The position numbers and the translations under genes were made by a program. From Candidatus Heimdallarchaeota archaeon (GTDB lineage: Archaea; Asgardarchaeota; Heimdallarchaeia; Heimdallarchaeales; Kariarchaeaceae): a stretch of 12,719 bases of DNA. The DNA is taken from positions 1-12,719 of the forward strand of contig WAKA01000089.1 of assembly GCA_015523565.1 (NCBI GenBank), read 5' to 3'. The notes under the pieces were generated by a model. The model did no database searches, was not told where the DNA came from, and saw only the letters and a program-made list of their open reading frames with translations. Numbering within the stretch: position 1 is the stretch's first letter; every line of letters begins with the position of its first letter. Shown piece by piece: positions 1-8,122 of the stretch.

Positions 1-2633
1 AATTTGTAGCGTTAATTATTTTACTGTTACTGACTACAGTATCTAGTGCTACTTTGAGCTACACTTATGTTAATCAAAGTATGGACAGTAATAATTTAAG
101 TGACCAGCGATTTTCAGTTTCAAGAGAAACAAAAGAAAAGAGATCCTCTGTACAGATTTCAGCAAGTAAAGTTTTTAATACAACTCTTGAGATTGGAGGA
201 GGTCCGACTACAGAAATTGCGAATAACGTCACCAGAGATCAAGCCCAAGCAAATGGATGGCCAGGAACGGGAACAGTTGATGATCCAATCATAATTTCAG
301 GTTATTTATTTGAAAATTTTGGAGGCACAACTGCAATTTTAATTTTTAGAACCTCGCTTTACATAGTACTTGAAAATAATATAATAGATGTGGCAAATGG
401 AGTGACAACAAATTTTGGGATTTACTCCAGCTTTGCATCCAATGTAAGAATTAGGAACAATGTAATAAGACTCAATTACACAAATACACAAGCAGGCATT
501 TATATGGAAAAAATCAATGCAAGCAACATTGTAATTGAAGACAATGAAATAGTGGTTTCATCTTCGGCCATAAGTTTTTGGGAATTAAATGGTTTCGAAA
601 TCAGGAACAATTACATTGAATCATCAGGTGGCATTAGTGTCAGCAATGCATATGTTGCCCAAGATAATTCTACGAATTATATTTCTGGCAACGAAATGTA
701 CACAAAAGGCAATTCAATTAGCATCTATAATGATTGGAATAATTTTGACAATCGAACAACAATTGTAGAAAACAATCAACTGGAATCAAAAAATGGCAAG
801 GGAATTTATTTCCAATTCAACTCTAACAATGAGATCAAAAATAATACCATTTCAGTATATAGAACCCATAATTCAATACATCTATCGAAATCATACAATA
901 ACATTGTTACCGATAATAATTTATTTGGAGGAGGGATGAGTTTTCCGTTTCCAAGTGATGAAACAAAATTACAGGATATTGTTGAGAATAATTTCCTAAA
1001 TGGGATTGCAATTCTATATCTTGTTTATGGTAGTGGTTTTGTTGGAGGTCCTTTTAGCCAAGCATTTGTCTATTATTCAAATGATGTGACAATGACAATG
1101 GAATCGCGGACATGGACTGATGCAGTTCAAATAGCTTATAGTTTTGACGTGATGATTGAAGACAGTATTTTTATGGAAGTTGACCAAGCCATTGATATAA
1201 GAGATTCAGGCAATATAATGATCAGAAACAATACCTTTGACCATGTATACTCAGCAATTGACTGTTCAAATTGTTCAGAAGTCAATATTGTTTCAAATAT
1301 GGTTGATTTTTCGGATTATGGCTTTAATCTTCACAAGGGAACAGATGTAAGTATAGAGAATAATTCATTTTTCTCATTAGATAGCAATGCAATTGATGCA
1401 TATGACATTGATAATTTACAGATAATGAATAATTTCATAGATTCGATAGCTGATGATGATGGGATTTATATTTCAGATATAATAAATTCACAAGTCTCAA
1501 ACAATATAATCATGAATGTAAGAAATGGGAACATGTTTGGCGCATACAATATAAGCCATACAGAAATAAGCAACAATCAGTTCCGAGATTCAGAATATAA
1601 TGGGATTGCCATTAGTTCAAGTTCAAACACAACGATAGACAAGAACTTTTTTGTAGGAATGGGTTCAAATGGGATTAATTTTTATGACGTAAAAGACAGT
1701 GAAATAAGCAATAATTTCATTGACAAGATACAATATAGTGGATTAAGTTTATCTGATAGCGAAGATCTCAGCATTCATGATAACTTTTTGGGAGAAATCG
1801 AAGGAAATGCCATTTACAGTTATTCCAATGGATTACTGGGCAACATAAGCATTGCACATAATATCTTTTATAAGATTAGACATTATATTCTTCAATTGTA
1901 TGGGGACGGTGGATATAATTTTACTGAAAATGATGTTTATACAAATGGAATAATACGCGATTATATGTTGATCGATACTCCAATACTGATTTTTGTAAAT
2001 CATAATTATTGGTCTCACTTTAGTCAACCCGATTCTGATAACGACGGAATTGTAGACCAGATTTACAATGAAACAAGCATACAAGATTTTTATCCATCAA
2101 CACATCCACTAAATCAATTTCCATCTGAAGTAACAATTAATTCTAATGATATAGTTTATGAAGTGGGAATGACAGGTAATTATATCCATTGGCAGATTAA
2201 TGGGTTAGAAAAAGGAGTCTATAGTATTTACGATCCTTGGGGCTTATTGATTGAAGATCAATTATTTTATAATGGATCTATCTCATTAAACGTTGACGGG
2301 TTGGATATAGGAAGATATGTATTTACATTAGTGATTTTGGGACTTTTCAATGATTTTGTCGTTAATAGTGTTGTTGTGGAAGTTATAGACCACCCAACCT
2401 CCACTACAACCACAACACCTACAGAAACGATAACGGTAACGCAAACACATACAGTCCAGCATAGTATTACAATTACAACCAATGCTACCCTGACCAATTC
2501 CACATCTTCAAGTTCCACATCACAAGCAGGACTCCCATTCTTATATTATATGACCATTAGTCTCTCAATCGTTTTCATAATAAGGGTAATCAATCATAGG
2601 AAGAAAAATAAAAAAGTAAATTGGAAGACATAA
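1..2633 (+). CDS. Secreted, C-terminally anchored parallel beta-helix (NosD/CASH/PbH1-like) surface glycoprotein, 5'-partial
   Basis: The frame is open from the window edge: nt 3-53 translate as FVALIILLLLTTVSSAT (signal-peptide h-region), so the TTG at 54 is unlikely to be the start. It has an archaeal-type N-terminal motif (AQANGWPGTGTVDDPIII), many Asn/Ile-rich 'I.NN.I' beta-helix repeats and a NosD-like cap (NYWSHFSQPDSDNDGIVD). These are followed by an Ig-like module (DIVYEVGMTGNYIHW...VDGLDIGRYVFTL), a Thr/Ser-rich linker, a TM helix and a basic tail (RKKNKK). Stop TAA at 2631-2633. Confidence 0.85.
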   Translation, partial: FVALIILLLLTTVSSATLSYTYVNQSMDSNNLSDQRFSVSRETKEKRSSVQISASKVFNTTLEIGGGPTTEIANNVTRDQAQANGWPGTGTVDDPIIISGYLFENFGGTTAILIFRTSLYIVLENNIIDVANGVTTNFGIYSSFASNVRIRNNVIRLNYTNTQAGIYMEKINASNIVIEDNEIVVSSSAISFWELNGFEIRNNYIESSGGISVSNAYVAQDNSTNYISGNEMYTKGNSISIYNDWNNFDNRTTIVENNQLESKNGKGIYFQFNSNNEIKNNTISVYRTHNSIHLSKSYNNIVTDNNLFGGGMSFPFPSDETKLQDIVENNFLNGIAILYLVYGSGFVGGPFSQAFVYYSNDVTMTMESRTWTDAVQIAYSFDVMIEDSIFMEVDQAIDIRDSGNIMIRNNTFDHVYSAIDCSNCSEVNIVSNMVDFSDYGFNLHKGTDVSIENNSFFSLDSNAIDAYDIDNLQIMNNFIDSIADDDGIYISDIINSQVSNNIIMNVRNGNMFGAYNISHTEISNNQFRDSEYNGIAISSSSNTTIDKNFFVGMGSNGINFYDVKDSEISNNFIDKIQYSGLSLSDSEDLSIHDNFLGEIEGNAIYSYSNGLLGNISIAHNIFYKIRHYILQLYGDGGYNFTENDVYTNGIIRDYMLIDTPILIFVNHNYWSHFSQPDSDNDGIVDQIYNETSIQDFYPSTHPLNQFPSEVTINSNDIVYEVGMTGNYIHWQINGLEKGVYSIYDPWGLLIEDQLFYNGSISLNVDGLDIGRYVFTLVILGLFNDFVVNSVVVEVIDHPTSTTTTTPTETITVTQTHTVQHSITITTNATLTNSTSSSSTSQAGLPFLYYMTISLSIVFIIRVINHRKKNKKVNWKT

Positions 2634-2661
2634 TTAATATTTTTTGACATAACTGACAAAC
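2634..2661. terminator. Short intergenic gap between convergent genes with oligo-T terminator candidates
   Basis: T6 run at 2640-2645 just after the plus-strand stop. The A-rich end of the plus-strand gene (2601-2620) reads as T-rich on the minus strand downstream of the MFS stop. Consistent with archaeal oligo-T termination. Confidence 0.4.
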
Positions 2662-3846
2662 CTAACGTATTTTCAAAAAAGTGAATAACAATATCACATA
2701 CAAGGTAATGGAAAATATTAACAGAGATTCACTTAATGAAAAGAAACTGTATACAAAACCGACATACAAAGTGGAAAGTGAACGCCCCAAAGAAACAAAG
2801 ACCCCCAATGCTCCAAGAGCCGCCCCCCTTTTTTCGAAAGGGGCAAGTTTTGTTGCACCCCTGTTTACCGCGGTGTAGGCAGTAAGCATCCCTGCGAAGA
2901 AGATTGTTTGCACACCTATCAAAAAGAAAAAGTTTGAAACAAATGTGCTTGAGGCAATTGCCATTGAAACAATAGTCAGACTTAGAAAAACCACATTTTG
3001 AAGGTTAAGATGGTCTGAAATTGAACCTAAATATGGTTTGAAAAAAATCAGGATCAGAGTTGAGATCAATGAAATTTCGGCAACAGTTCCTTTAGAATAT
3101 CCATAAGATACAATAAGTGCTGGAAAAAAGACGATAAATCCAAATGAGGAAAAGGAGATAATGATTTGCAAAAGGTAGACATTTCTTAGAGATTTCATTT
3201 TGATCAGTTGGATCATTATGACAACCATATTCTTGAATGAATCCCAAAAATGCGAAAAATAATTGGTCGATAGATTTTCATGGTTTTTCGGCAAGGATTC
3301 AGGAAGGATGAATATTGCCAAGACCGTAAATAATGAACCAATCAATCCAACAATGAGAAAGACATTGTTCAATGTCAACTGCAATTGATCCAACAAATAT
3401 GAGGCCAGAATAGAGGCACTGATAACCCCAATATCCCCAGCTTGGAATATTTTTCCATTTGATTTTCCATAAGAGGCGAGGTTCACATCGCCAATATAGG
3501 AAAATGTGGCAGGCCAAAAGCTACTCATTCCAATTGCAAAACAGATAACACTAAAAAGAGCTCCAATCCAATTTTTGGAGTAAGAAAGAAGGAAAATGGA
3601 AATAGTATAGAGGGAAATCCCCATCACAATGATAGGTTTTCTTCCTGTAACTTGAGAGAGGTTTCCCAAAGGAATCCTCAAAGGAATCTGAAGAAAATTC
3701 ATTGACGATACAAGGACTGAGAGAATAATTGAAGAAAGCAATAGGTCTTTTTCAAAAAAAATGACAAGATATGTCCTATAAACGAAAGCCAAGAAATTTC
3801 CGAACAAAGTGACAATTCCCAATGATAGAATTGGCTGATGTTTCAC
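2662..3846 (-). CDS. MFS transporter (about 12 TM, DHA1/MFS_1-like, substrate unknown)
   Basis: MFS motif-A-like segments (PLGNLSQVTGRKPII; LGSISDHLNLQN), a 'PFEKRGAALG' loop and about 12 hydrophobic helices. The ORF track starts at GTG 3921, inside narK. GTG at 3846 (MKHQPILSLG) is preferred because it removes the overlap and lies 20 nt after a TATA-like box. Confidence 0.85.
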   Translation of the reverse strand: MKHQPILSLGIVTLFGNFLAFVYRTYLVIFFEKDLLLSSIILSVLVSSMNFLQIPLRIPLGNLSQVTGRKPIIVMGISLYTISIFLLSYSKNWIGALFSVICFAIGMSSFWPATFSYIGDVNLASYGKSNGKIFQAGDIGVISASILASYLLDQLQLTLNNVFLIVGLIGSLFTVLAIFILPESLPKNHENLSTNYFSHFWDSFKNMVVIMIQLIKMKSLRNVYLLQIIISFSSFGFIVFFPALIVSYGYSKGTVAEISLISTLILIFFKPYLGSISDHLNLQNVVFLSLTIVSMAIASSTFVSNFFFLIGVQTIFFAGMLTAYTAVNRGATKLAPFEKRGAALGALGVFVSLGRSLSTLYVGFVYSFFSLSESLLIFSITLYVILLFTFLKIR

Positions 3847-3866
3847 AATGATTGATTTACAGGATG

Positions 3867-3875
3867 AATTAAAAG
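3867..3875 (-). promoter_or_regulatory. Candidate archaeal TATA box (CTTTTAATT) for a leaderless MFS transcript
   Basis: Sits 20 nt upstream of GTG 3846. The identical 9-mer is 22 nt upstream of the DOMON ATG. Confidence 0.5.
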
Positions 3876-3901
3876 AATTGGAAATAGGTAATTTTGTGTG
3901 A

Positions 3902-5221
3902 TCAGTGATTGTTGACTGCACGATGGAGTAACCAAGTCAATAAGAAACAAATTATTCCGAGAATTGTAAAGACAACATATCCTCTTGCATATCCAACAGT
4001 ACCCATTTGATCAACAAAGAAACCAAGGATTGGAGGAATGACAAAACCACCAAATGCGCCAAGTCCGCCAACCCAGCCAGAGGTTCCACCAACCGCATCA
4101 GGTACTGCTTTCGGAACAAGCTTGAAAACGGCTGCATTCATAGCTCCCATTCCCAAAGCCAGTATAATCATTCCAACAATTGCCAATGAATAAGAAGAGG
4201 TATCAAAGATCAGAATAAGGGATCCAAGAATAAGGATGGCAATACCACCATACAATGTTTTGTAACCACCGATCTTGTCAGATAATTGACCAGTATAGAC
4301 TCTCATAAGGGAACCAACAACAATGAATATCCCATTCAAAATAAGAGCCATCCCAAGTTTGACATCATCAAAAAGATTAATTGGACTTGGACTGAAGAGT
4401 TCGACCCAATAAGTCTTGAACCAAGTTCCAAGTGCGATGAAACCCCCGAATGAGGTGAAGTACAACCCAACAAGAGCCCAGGTTTCCCAATGGCGACCAG
4501 ATGCCTTGAGGCTGTCAACCAATTTATATTTCGGGAAAAGCTCCTGACCATGCTTCCTTGCTATTTCCTCCGCCTTGGATTTTTCAACGCCTTGGTCTTT
4601 CAATTGGAAGGACCATGCATCTTTACCCATATAATAATAGATAACGGTTCCTATTATGAGAAGAACCAACCAAAGCAGATATGATTTGGCTACACCCATA
4701 GTGGCAAGGGATATTGCCATGATAAATGAGAAAATGCCTGGGGCAAGATTTCCAATTCCTGCATATTTTCCAAGAGCACTTCCCTGTTCAGATTGCTTGA
4801 ACCAATAGGATACCTGACTTATTCCAACAGAGAATGTTGCAATTCCACATCCTGCCAAGAAACCAAAGAGAAGCAATAGAGGATAGGATGAATTGGTCAG
4901 TGAATTGTTTTCAAGACTGAGACCAAGGAAATAGAGACCAATCAATCCCACAATTGAAAGCAATAATAGGATCAAAATTGGCTTTCTTCCGCCGACTTCA
5001 TCCGTCCATGCAGAAAATGGGATTCTCAGCAAGGATCCAGAAAGGTTTGGCATTGCAACCAATAGACCTGCAAGGAATCCAGAGAGTTGCAGAGCCGCCT
5101 TGAACTCAGGAGCTGTTGCACCCATGGCGACAACAGCCGCAAAGCCGATGAAAAAGCCGATTGTAGCACCCCAAAGTCCTTCTTGGGGAGTTCCACTTAA
5201 TTTATAGTTTTCTTCTGCCAT
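3902..5221 (-). CDS. narK: Nitrate/nitrite porter (NNP family, MFS)
   Basis: Conserved Arg-bearing segments GSLLRIP and GSLMRV. Nitrate-signature regions (FSVGISQVSYWF..QGSALGKYAGIGN; AVFKLVP..VGGTSGWVGGLGAFGGF) and 'FTSFGGFIAL'. Directly downstream of narI, with RBS AAGGTGA at 5228-5234. Confidence 0.93.
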   Translation of the reverse strand: MAEENYKLSGTPQEGLWGATIGFFIGFAAVVAMGATAPEFKAALQLSGFLAGLLVAMPNLSGSLLRIPFSAWTDEVGGRKPILILLLLSIVGLIGLYFLGLSLENNSLTNSSYPLLLLFGFLAGCGIATFSVGISQVSYWFKQSEQGSALGKYAGIGNLAPGIFSFIMAISLATMGVAKSYLLWLVLLIIGTVIYYYMGKDAWSFQLKDQGVEKSKAEEIARKHGQELFPKYKLVDSLKASGRHWETWALVGLYFTSFGGFIALGTWFKTYWVELFSPSPINLFDDVKLGMALILNGIFIVVGSLMRVYTGQLSDKIGGYKTLYGGIAILILGSLILIFDTSSYSLAIVGMIILALGMGAMNAAVFKLVPKAVPDAVGGTSGWVGGLGAFGGFVIPPILGFFVDQMGTVGYARGYVVFTILGIICFLLTWLLHRAVNNH

Positions 5222-5258
5222 ATTATTTCACCTTAAAAAAATTGATTGAACAATCATC

Positions 5259-5942
5259 TCAGGATTTTGATTTGTTCCAAATGACGATCTGAGGGGATCG
5301 CCATGCATACTTAATTGGGTAAAAGATGAGATGACCCAATCTAGTGAATGGGATAAGGGCGATTAGTACCATACCATTGACAAAATGAAGGTGCAGGAAC
5401 CAATCATTTCCTGCAAAACCAGCAACAGCGGTATACTGTGGATTGAGTGTGACAATGGATCGAAGCCATGGAACCATGGTTGTAATGAACCATGAAGATC
5501 CGAATCGGTATTTGATCGCGATGGTAAGCCCAGTAGAAATTTGGGTAGTCAAATCACCAAGCACAATCCAGTCCAAGAGAGTTGTCGTAGCTCGAACCCT
5601 TGGATTTGTGATGCGGCGATAAATCAGGATGAGCATGCCGATAATGGAAAAAGCGGCAAGCAACCAGCCAGTGTATTCCCATATTGGTCGATTACTGTCA
5701 GTGACAAGTAAATTGAATAGGTCAGGGAATAAAATGCCTAAAATGTGCATTGTCAGTATCATGATTATTGAATAATGCCAGAAGTATGACCCGACCAGCA
5801 ATGAGTTTTTATTGCCTAAAAACTCAGAGGATTGGCTGGAGAAGGTATACTTGTCATAGCTGATTCGATATATCCACCCTATGATTGCCAAGGTAATTGC
5901 AATATAAGGGAATATCACATAAAATAGAAAATCTACTGTCAT
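5259..5942 (-). CDS. narI: Respiratory nitrate reductase/NXR gamma subunit, di-heme b membrane anchor (227 aa)
   Basis: Family motifs YVIFPYIAIT and TFSSQSSEFL. Four candidate heme-ligand His in FWHYSIIMILTMHILG and LHFVNGMVLIALIPFTRLGH, and C-terminal YAWRSPQIV. Start re-placed to ATG 5942, which has AGGAGG (5950-5955) 7 nt upstream and a TAATG overlap with the narJ stop. Confidence 0.95.
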   Translation of the reverse strand: MTVDFLFYVIFPYIAITLAIIGWIYRISYDKYTFSSQSSEFLGNKNSLLVGSYFWHYSIIMILTMHILGILFPDLFNLLVTDSNRPIWEYTGWLLAAFSIIGMLILIYRRITNPRVRATTTLLDWIVLGDLTTQISTGLTIAIKYRFGSSWFITTMVPWLRSIVTLNPQYTAVAGFAGNDWFLHLHFVNGMVLIALIPFTRLGHLIFYPIKYAWRSPQIVIWNKSKS

Positions 5943-6604
5943 TATTGTTCCTCCTTTTTCTTTCCTTTTCTGATCCATTGATCGATCTTGTTCTCTTTCT
6001 GGATGGGTGAGTCATGGACTGGGAGAACAAGGACATCATTGGAAATCTTTTCTTCACCTGTCAGGAAATTTAGCAGGGAAGAAATAAGCGAGTAATAGGC
6101 CAGTCCAGCACCAACAGAAAGGGGGCGATCTTCAGGTCTCACTTTTGTCCAGACAATACGTCTCAGGCAGGGGATCACAGCATCGTCGATCAATTCCCTA
6201 GCCAGTTCAGACTCTGGATTGTCAGCAATGAATTTTAAGATAACCCCCAAATGATCCGGAAGTTCACCAATTGGTTCAAAATTGAATTCACGGTATCTTT
6301 TTATCAATTCCACCAAAAATATGCTTCGCAAATAGCTTTCACCAAACAAATGGTAGCCTACATATGGAGCAATATGAAAATTCAGTTCAAAGATTTCGGT
6401 GTAGAATGACTGAAGTTCATCAAGGTCTTTGTCACGGATGAATTCCAGAAATGTTGAGAATTCCTCTTTTGAAGACCCTTCCAAATTGCCCATGCATCTT
6501 TCAGCCACTGCCAAATAATCCTGTTGTGGATAAAGGAAAAGAGTGTGAAATTGGTCAAGTACAGAAGACTTCTTAATTTTTGGCTGGGCTGAAATTGTCA
6601 ACAC
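5942..6604 (-). CDS. narJ: Nitrate reductase molybdenum-cofactor assembly chaperone (delta subunit, 220 aa)
   Basis: Motifs YTEIFEL..APYVGYHLFGESYLR..LVEL...Y and GELPDHLGVILKF. Start re-placed to GTG 6604, 1 nt after the narH stop, with AGGAGGT (6611-6617) 6 nt upstream. Confidence 0.93.
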   Translation of the reverse strand: MLTISAQPKIKKSSVLDQFHTLFLYPQQDYLAVAERCMGNLEGSSKEEFSTFLEFIRDKDLDELQSFYTEIFELNFHIAPYVGYHLFGESYLRSIFLVELIKRYREFNFEPIGELPDHLGVILKFIADNPESELARELIDDAVIPCLRRIVWTKVRPEDRPLSVGAGLAYYSLISSLLNFLTGEEKISNDVLVLPVHDSPIQKENKIDQWIRKGKKKEEQ

Positions 6605-6605
6605 A

Positions 6606-8117
6606 TTACCACCTCCTTGAAGGTTCAGATTTCTTTCCAAACCCACCAGAAGTTTTTCTGACAAATGGGTCAATGACTGTTTCAATTTGGACTTCACGTG
6701 AAATTGGTGGGATAACAAATCTTTCTTCCATAGTTGGCAAGCTTGTCAATTGGAATATTGCTTCTGCTTCCTCGGCATTTGTTTTCCCAACACGGAAGGA
6801 TTCTTCCACCTCTTCAGGGGTAATGTCCTTGAGTTCTTGTGATCTCTTATAGATACGAACAGCCATCAGTTTCCGGTAAACTTCCATTACCAAATCCTCA
6901 TTTCCAGCACCGAAAAGTGAAGCCATGTATTTGATTGGCACACGTGCCTTTTCAATATCACTCATCTGTGGTTTGGAACTAAGATCGTCCGTAACCTGAT
7001 CATAGACACCATTCCGTTTTTGACCAATGATTGGAAGCAAGGGGGGAACATAAAACAGCATTGGCAATGTCCGATACTCTGCATGCAACGGAAGGGCTAT
7101 TTTCCATTGCTTGACAAACTTATAGACAGGTGAGTTCTGTGCTGCCTCAATCATGCCATAAGAAAGATTGTTTTTCTTTGCAGCTTCAATCACCTCTGGG
7201 TCAAAGGGATCCATTATCAGTTCGTTTCTCATCATTTCCACAAGATTTGCATCATCCACTGCGGCTATTTCAGGAACCTTATCTGCATCATACAACAATA
7301 CACCCAAGTAACGAATTCTTCCGACACAGGAATGGAAGCAGGCAGGTGCCTGACCAGTTTCTAATCTTGGATAACAAAGCAGGCATTTTTCTGATTTGCC
7401 AGTACTCCAATTGTAATAGACTTTCTTGTAAGGACAACCTGAAATGCACATCCTCCAACCTTTACAATTGTCTTGGTTTATGAGGACAATTCCATCCTCA
7501 CCTCTCTTATAGATTGCACCTTGAGGGCAAGCCGCGAGACAGGTGGGGTTGACGCAATGATTACAAATTCTTGGTAGGTAAAAGAAGACAAGTCTTTCAA
7601 GTTCATTCAGTTGTTCTTTTTCAAGGTCGGAAAGTCCCTCTAGATTGATATCGTTTTTGGCATAGATTTCAGAACCACCAAGGTCATCATCCCATGAGGG
7701 ACCCGATTTTATATCGATATATTCACCAGTCACTCTTGAGATAGGTTTTGCCACAGGTTGATCCGATGAGATTCCTGCCTTGAACAAGTGTTCGTAGTCA
7801 TAGGTCCATGGTTCATAGTAATCGTCCATTGTTGGCAGGTAAGGGTTTCCAAAAATGTTCTTGCCAAGGGATGCAAATTTTCCATTGACTTTCAGGATGA
7901 CCTTGTCACCTTTCTTGACCCATCCGCCACCGTATTTTTCTTGATCTTCCCATTTCTTTGGGAATCCAGTTCCAGGTTTTGTTTCCACATTATTGAACCA
8001 TGCATATTCAACACCTTTCCTATCAGTCCAGATGTTTTTGCATGAAATGCTGCATGTGTGGCATCCAATGCATTTGTCTAAGTGAAAAACCATTGCAATT
8101 TGTGCTCTTATGTCCAT
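6606..8117 (-). CDS. narH: Nitrate reductase/nitrite oxidoreductase beta (Fe-S) subunit (503 aa)
   Basis: Four Cys groups: CIGCHTCSISC, CNHCVNPTCLAAC, CKGWRMCISGC (Trp replacing Cys, the [3Fe-4S] pattern) and CLLC...CFHSC. Family N-terminus MDIRAQIAMVFHLDKC, with GGTGA (8123-8127) 5 nt upstream of ATG 8117. ATG 8123 is an alternative start. Confidence 0.97.
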   Translation of the reverse strand: MDIRAQIAMVFHLDKCIGCHTCSISCKNIWTDRKGVEYAWFNNVETKPGTGFPKKWEDQEKYGGGWVKKGDKVILKVNGKFASLGKNIFGNPYLPTMDDYYEPWTYDYEHLFKAGISSDQPVAKPISRVTGEYIDIKSGPSWDDDLGGSEIYAKNDINLEGLSDLEKEQLNELERLVFFYLPRICNHCVNPTCLAACPQGAIYKRGEDGIVLINQDNCKGWRMCISGCPYKKVYYNWSTGKSEKCLLCYPRLETGQAPACFHSCVGRIRYLGVLLYDADKVPEIAAVDDANLVEMMRNELIMDPFDPEVIEAAKKNNLSYGMIEAAQNSPVYKFVKQWKIALPLHAEYRTLPMLFYVPPLLPIIGQKRNGVYDQVTDDLSSKPQMSDIEKARVPIKYMASLFGAGNEDLVMEVYRKLMAVRIYKRSQELKDITPEEVEESFRVGKTNAEEAEAIFQLTSLPTMEERFVIPPISREVQIETVIDPFVRKTSGGFGKKSEPSRRW

Positions 8118-8122
8118 TATCA

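Noticed and set aside
1260-1280. CxxC (DCSNCSE) in ORF1 as a heme c or metal site
   Set aside because: No His follows (not CxxCH). It is an isolated pair within a beta-helix turn.
2394-2524. ACA/ACC-rich low-complexity tract as a tandem repeat or CRISPR-like array
   Set aside because: It simply encodes the Thr/Ser-rich linker. No regular repeat-spacer structure was seen anywhere in the window.
54-2633. Calling ORF1 nosD (N2O reductase accessory protein) because it lies near nar genes
   Set aside because: It shares only the generic beta-helix fold and cap motif. It is much longer than NosD, has Ig-like, stalk and TM modules, and no nosZ/F/Y is present in the window.
2825-2843. Hairpin CCCCTTT-TTTCG-AAAGGGG
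   Set aside because: It lies inside the MFS coding region at the conserved PFEKRG loop and has no following U-tract. Probably coincidental.
5242-5256. FNR/DNR box upstream of narK
   Set aside because: The sequence is TTGAT-TGAA-CAATC, so the second half-site does not fit TTGAT-N4-ATCAA. Kept only as a generic palindrome.
6605-6718. Long N-terminal extensions of narJ (to 6718), narI (to 5978) and narH (to 8129) given by the ORF track
   Set aside because: They overlap the upstream genes. Downstream starts have well-spaced SD sequences and match family N-termini.
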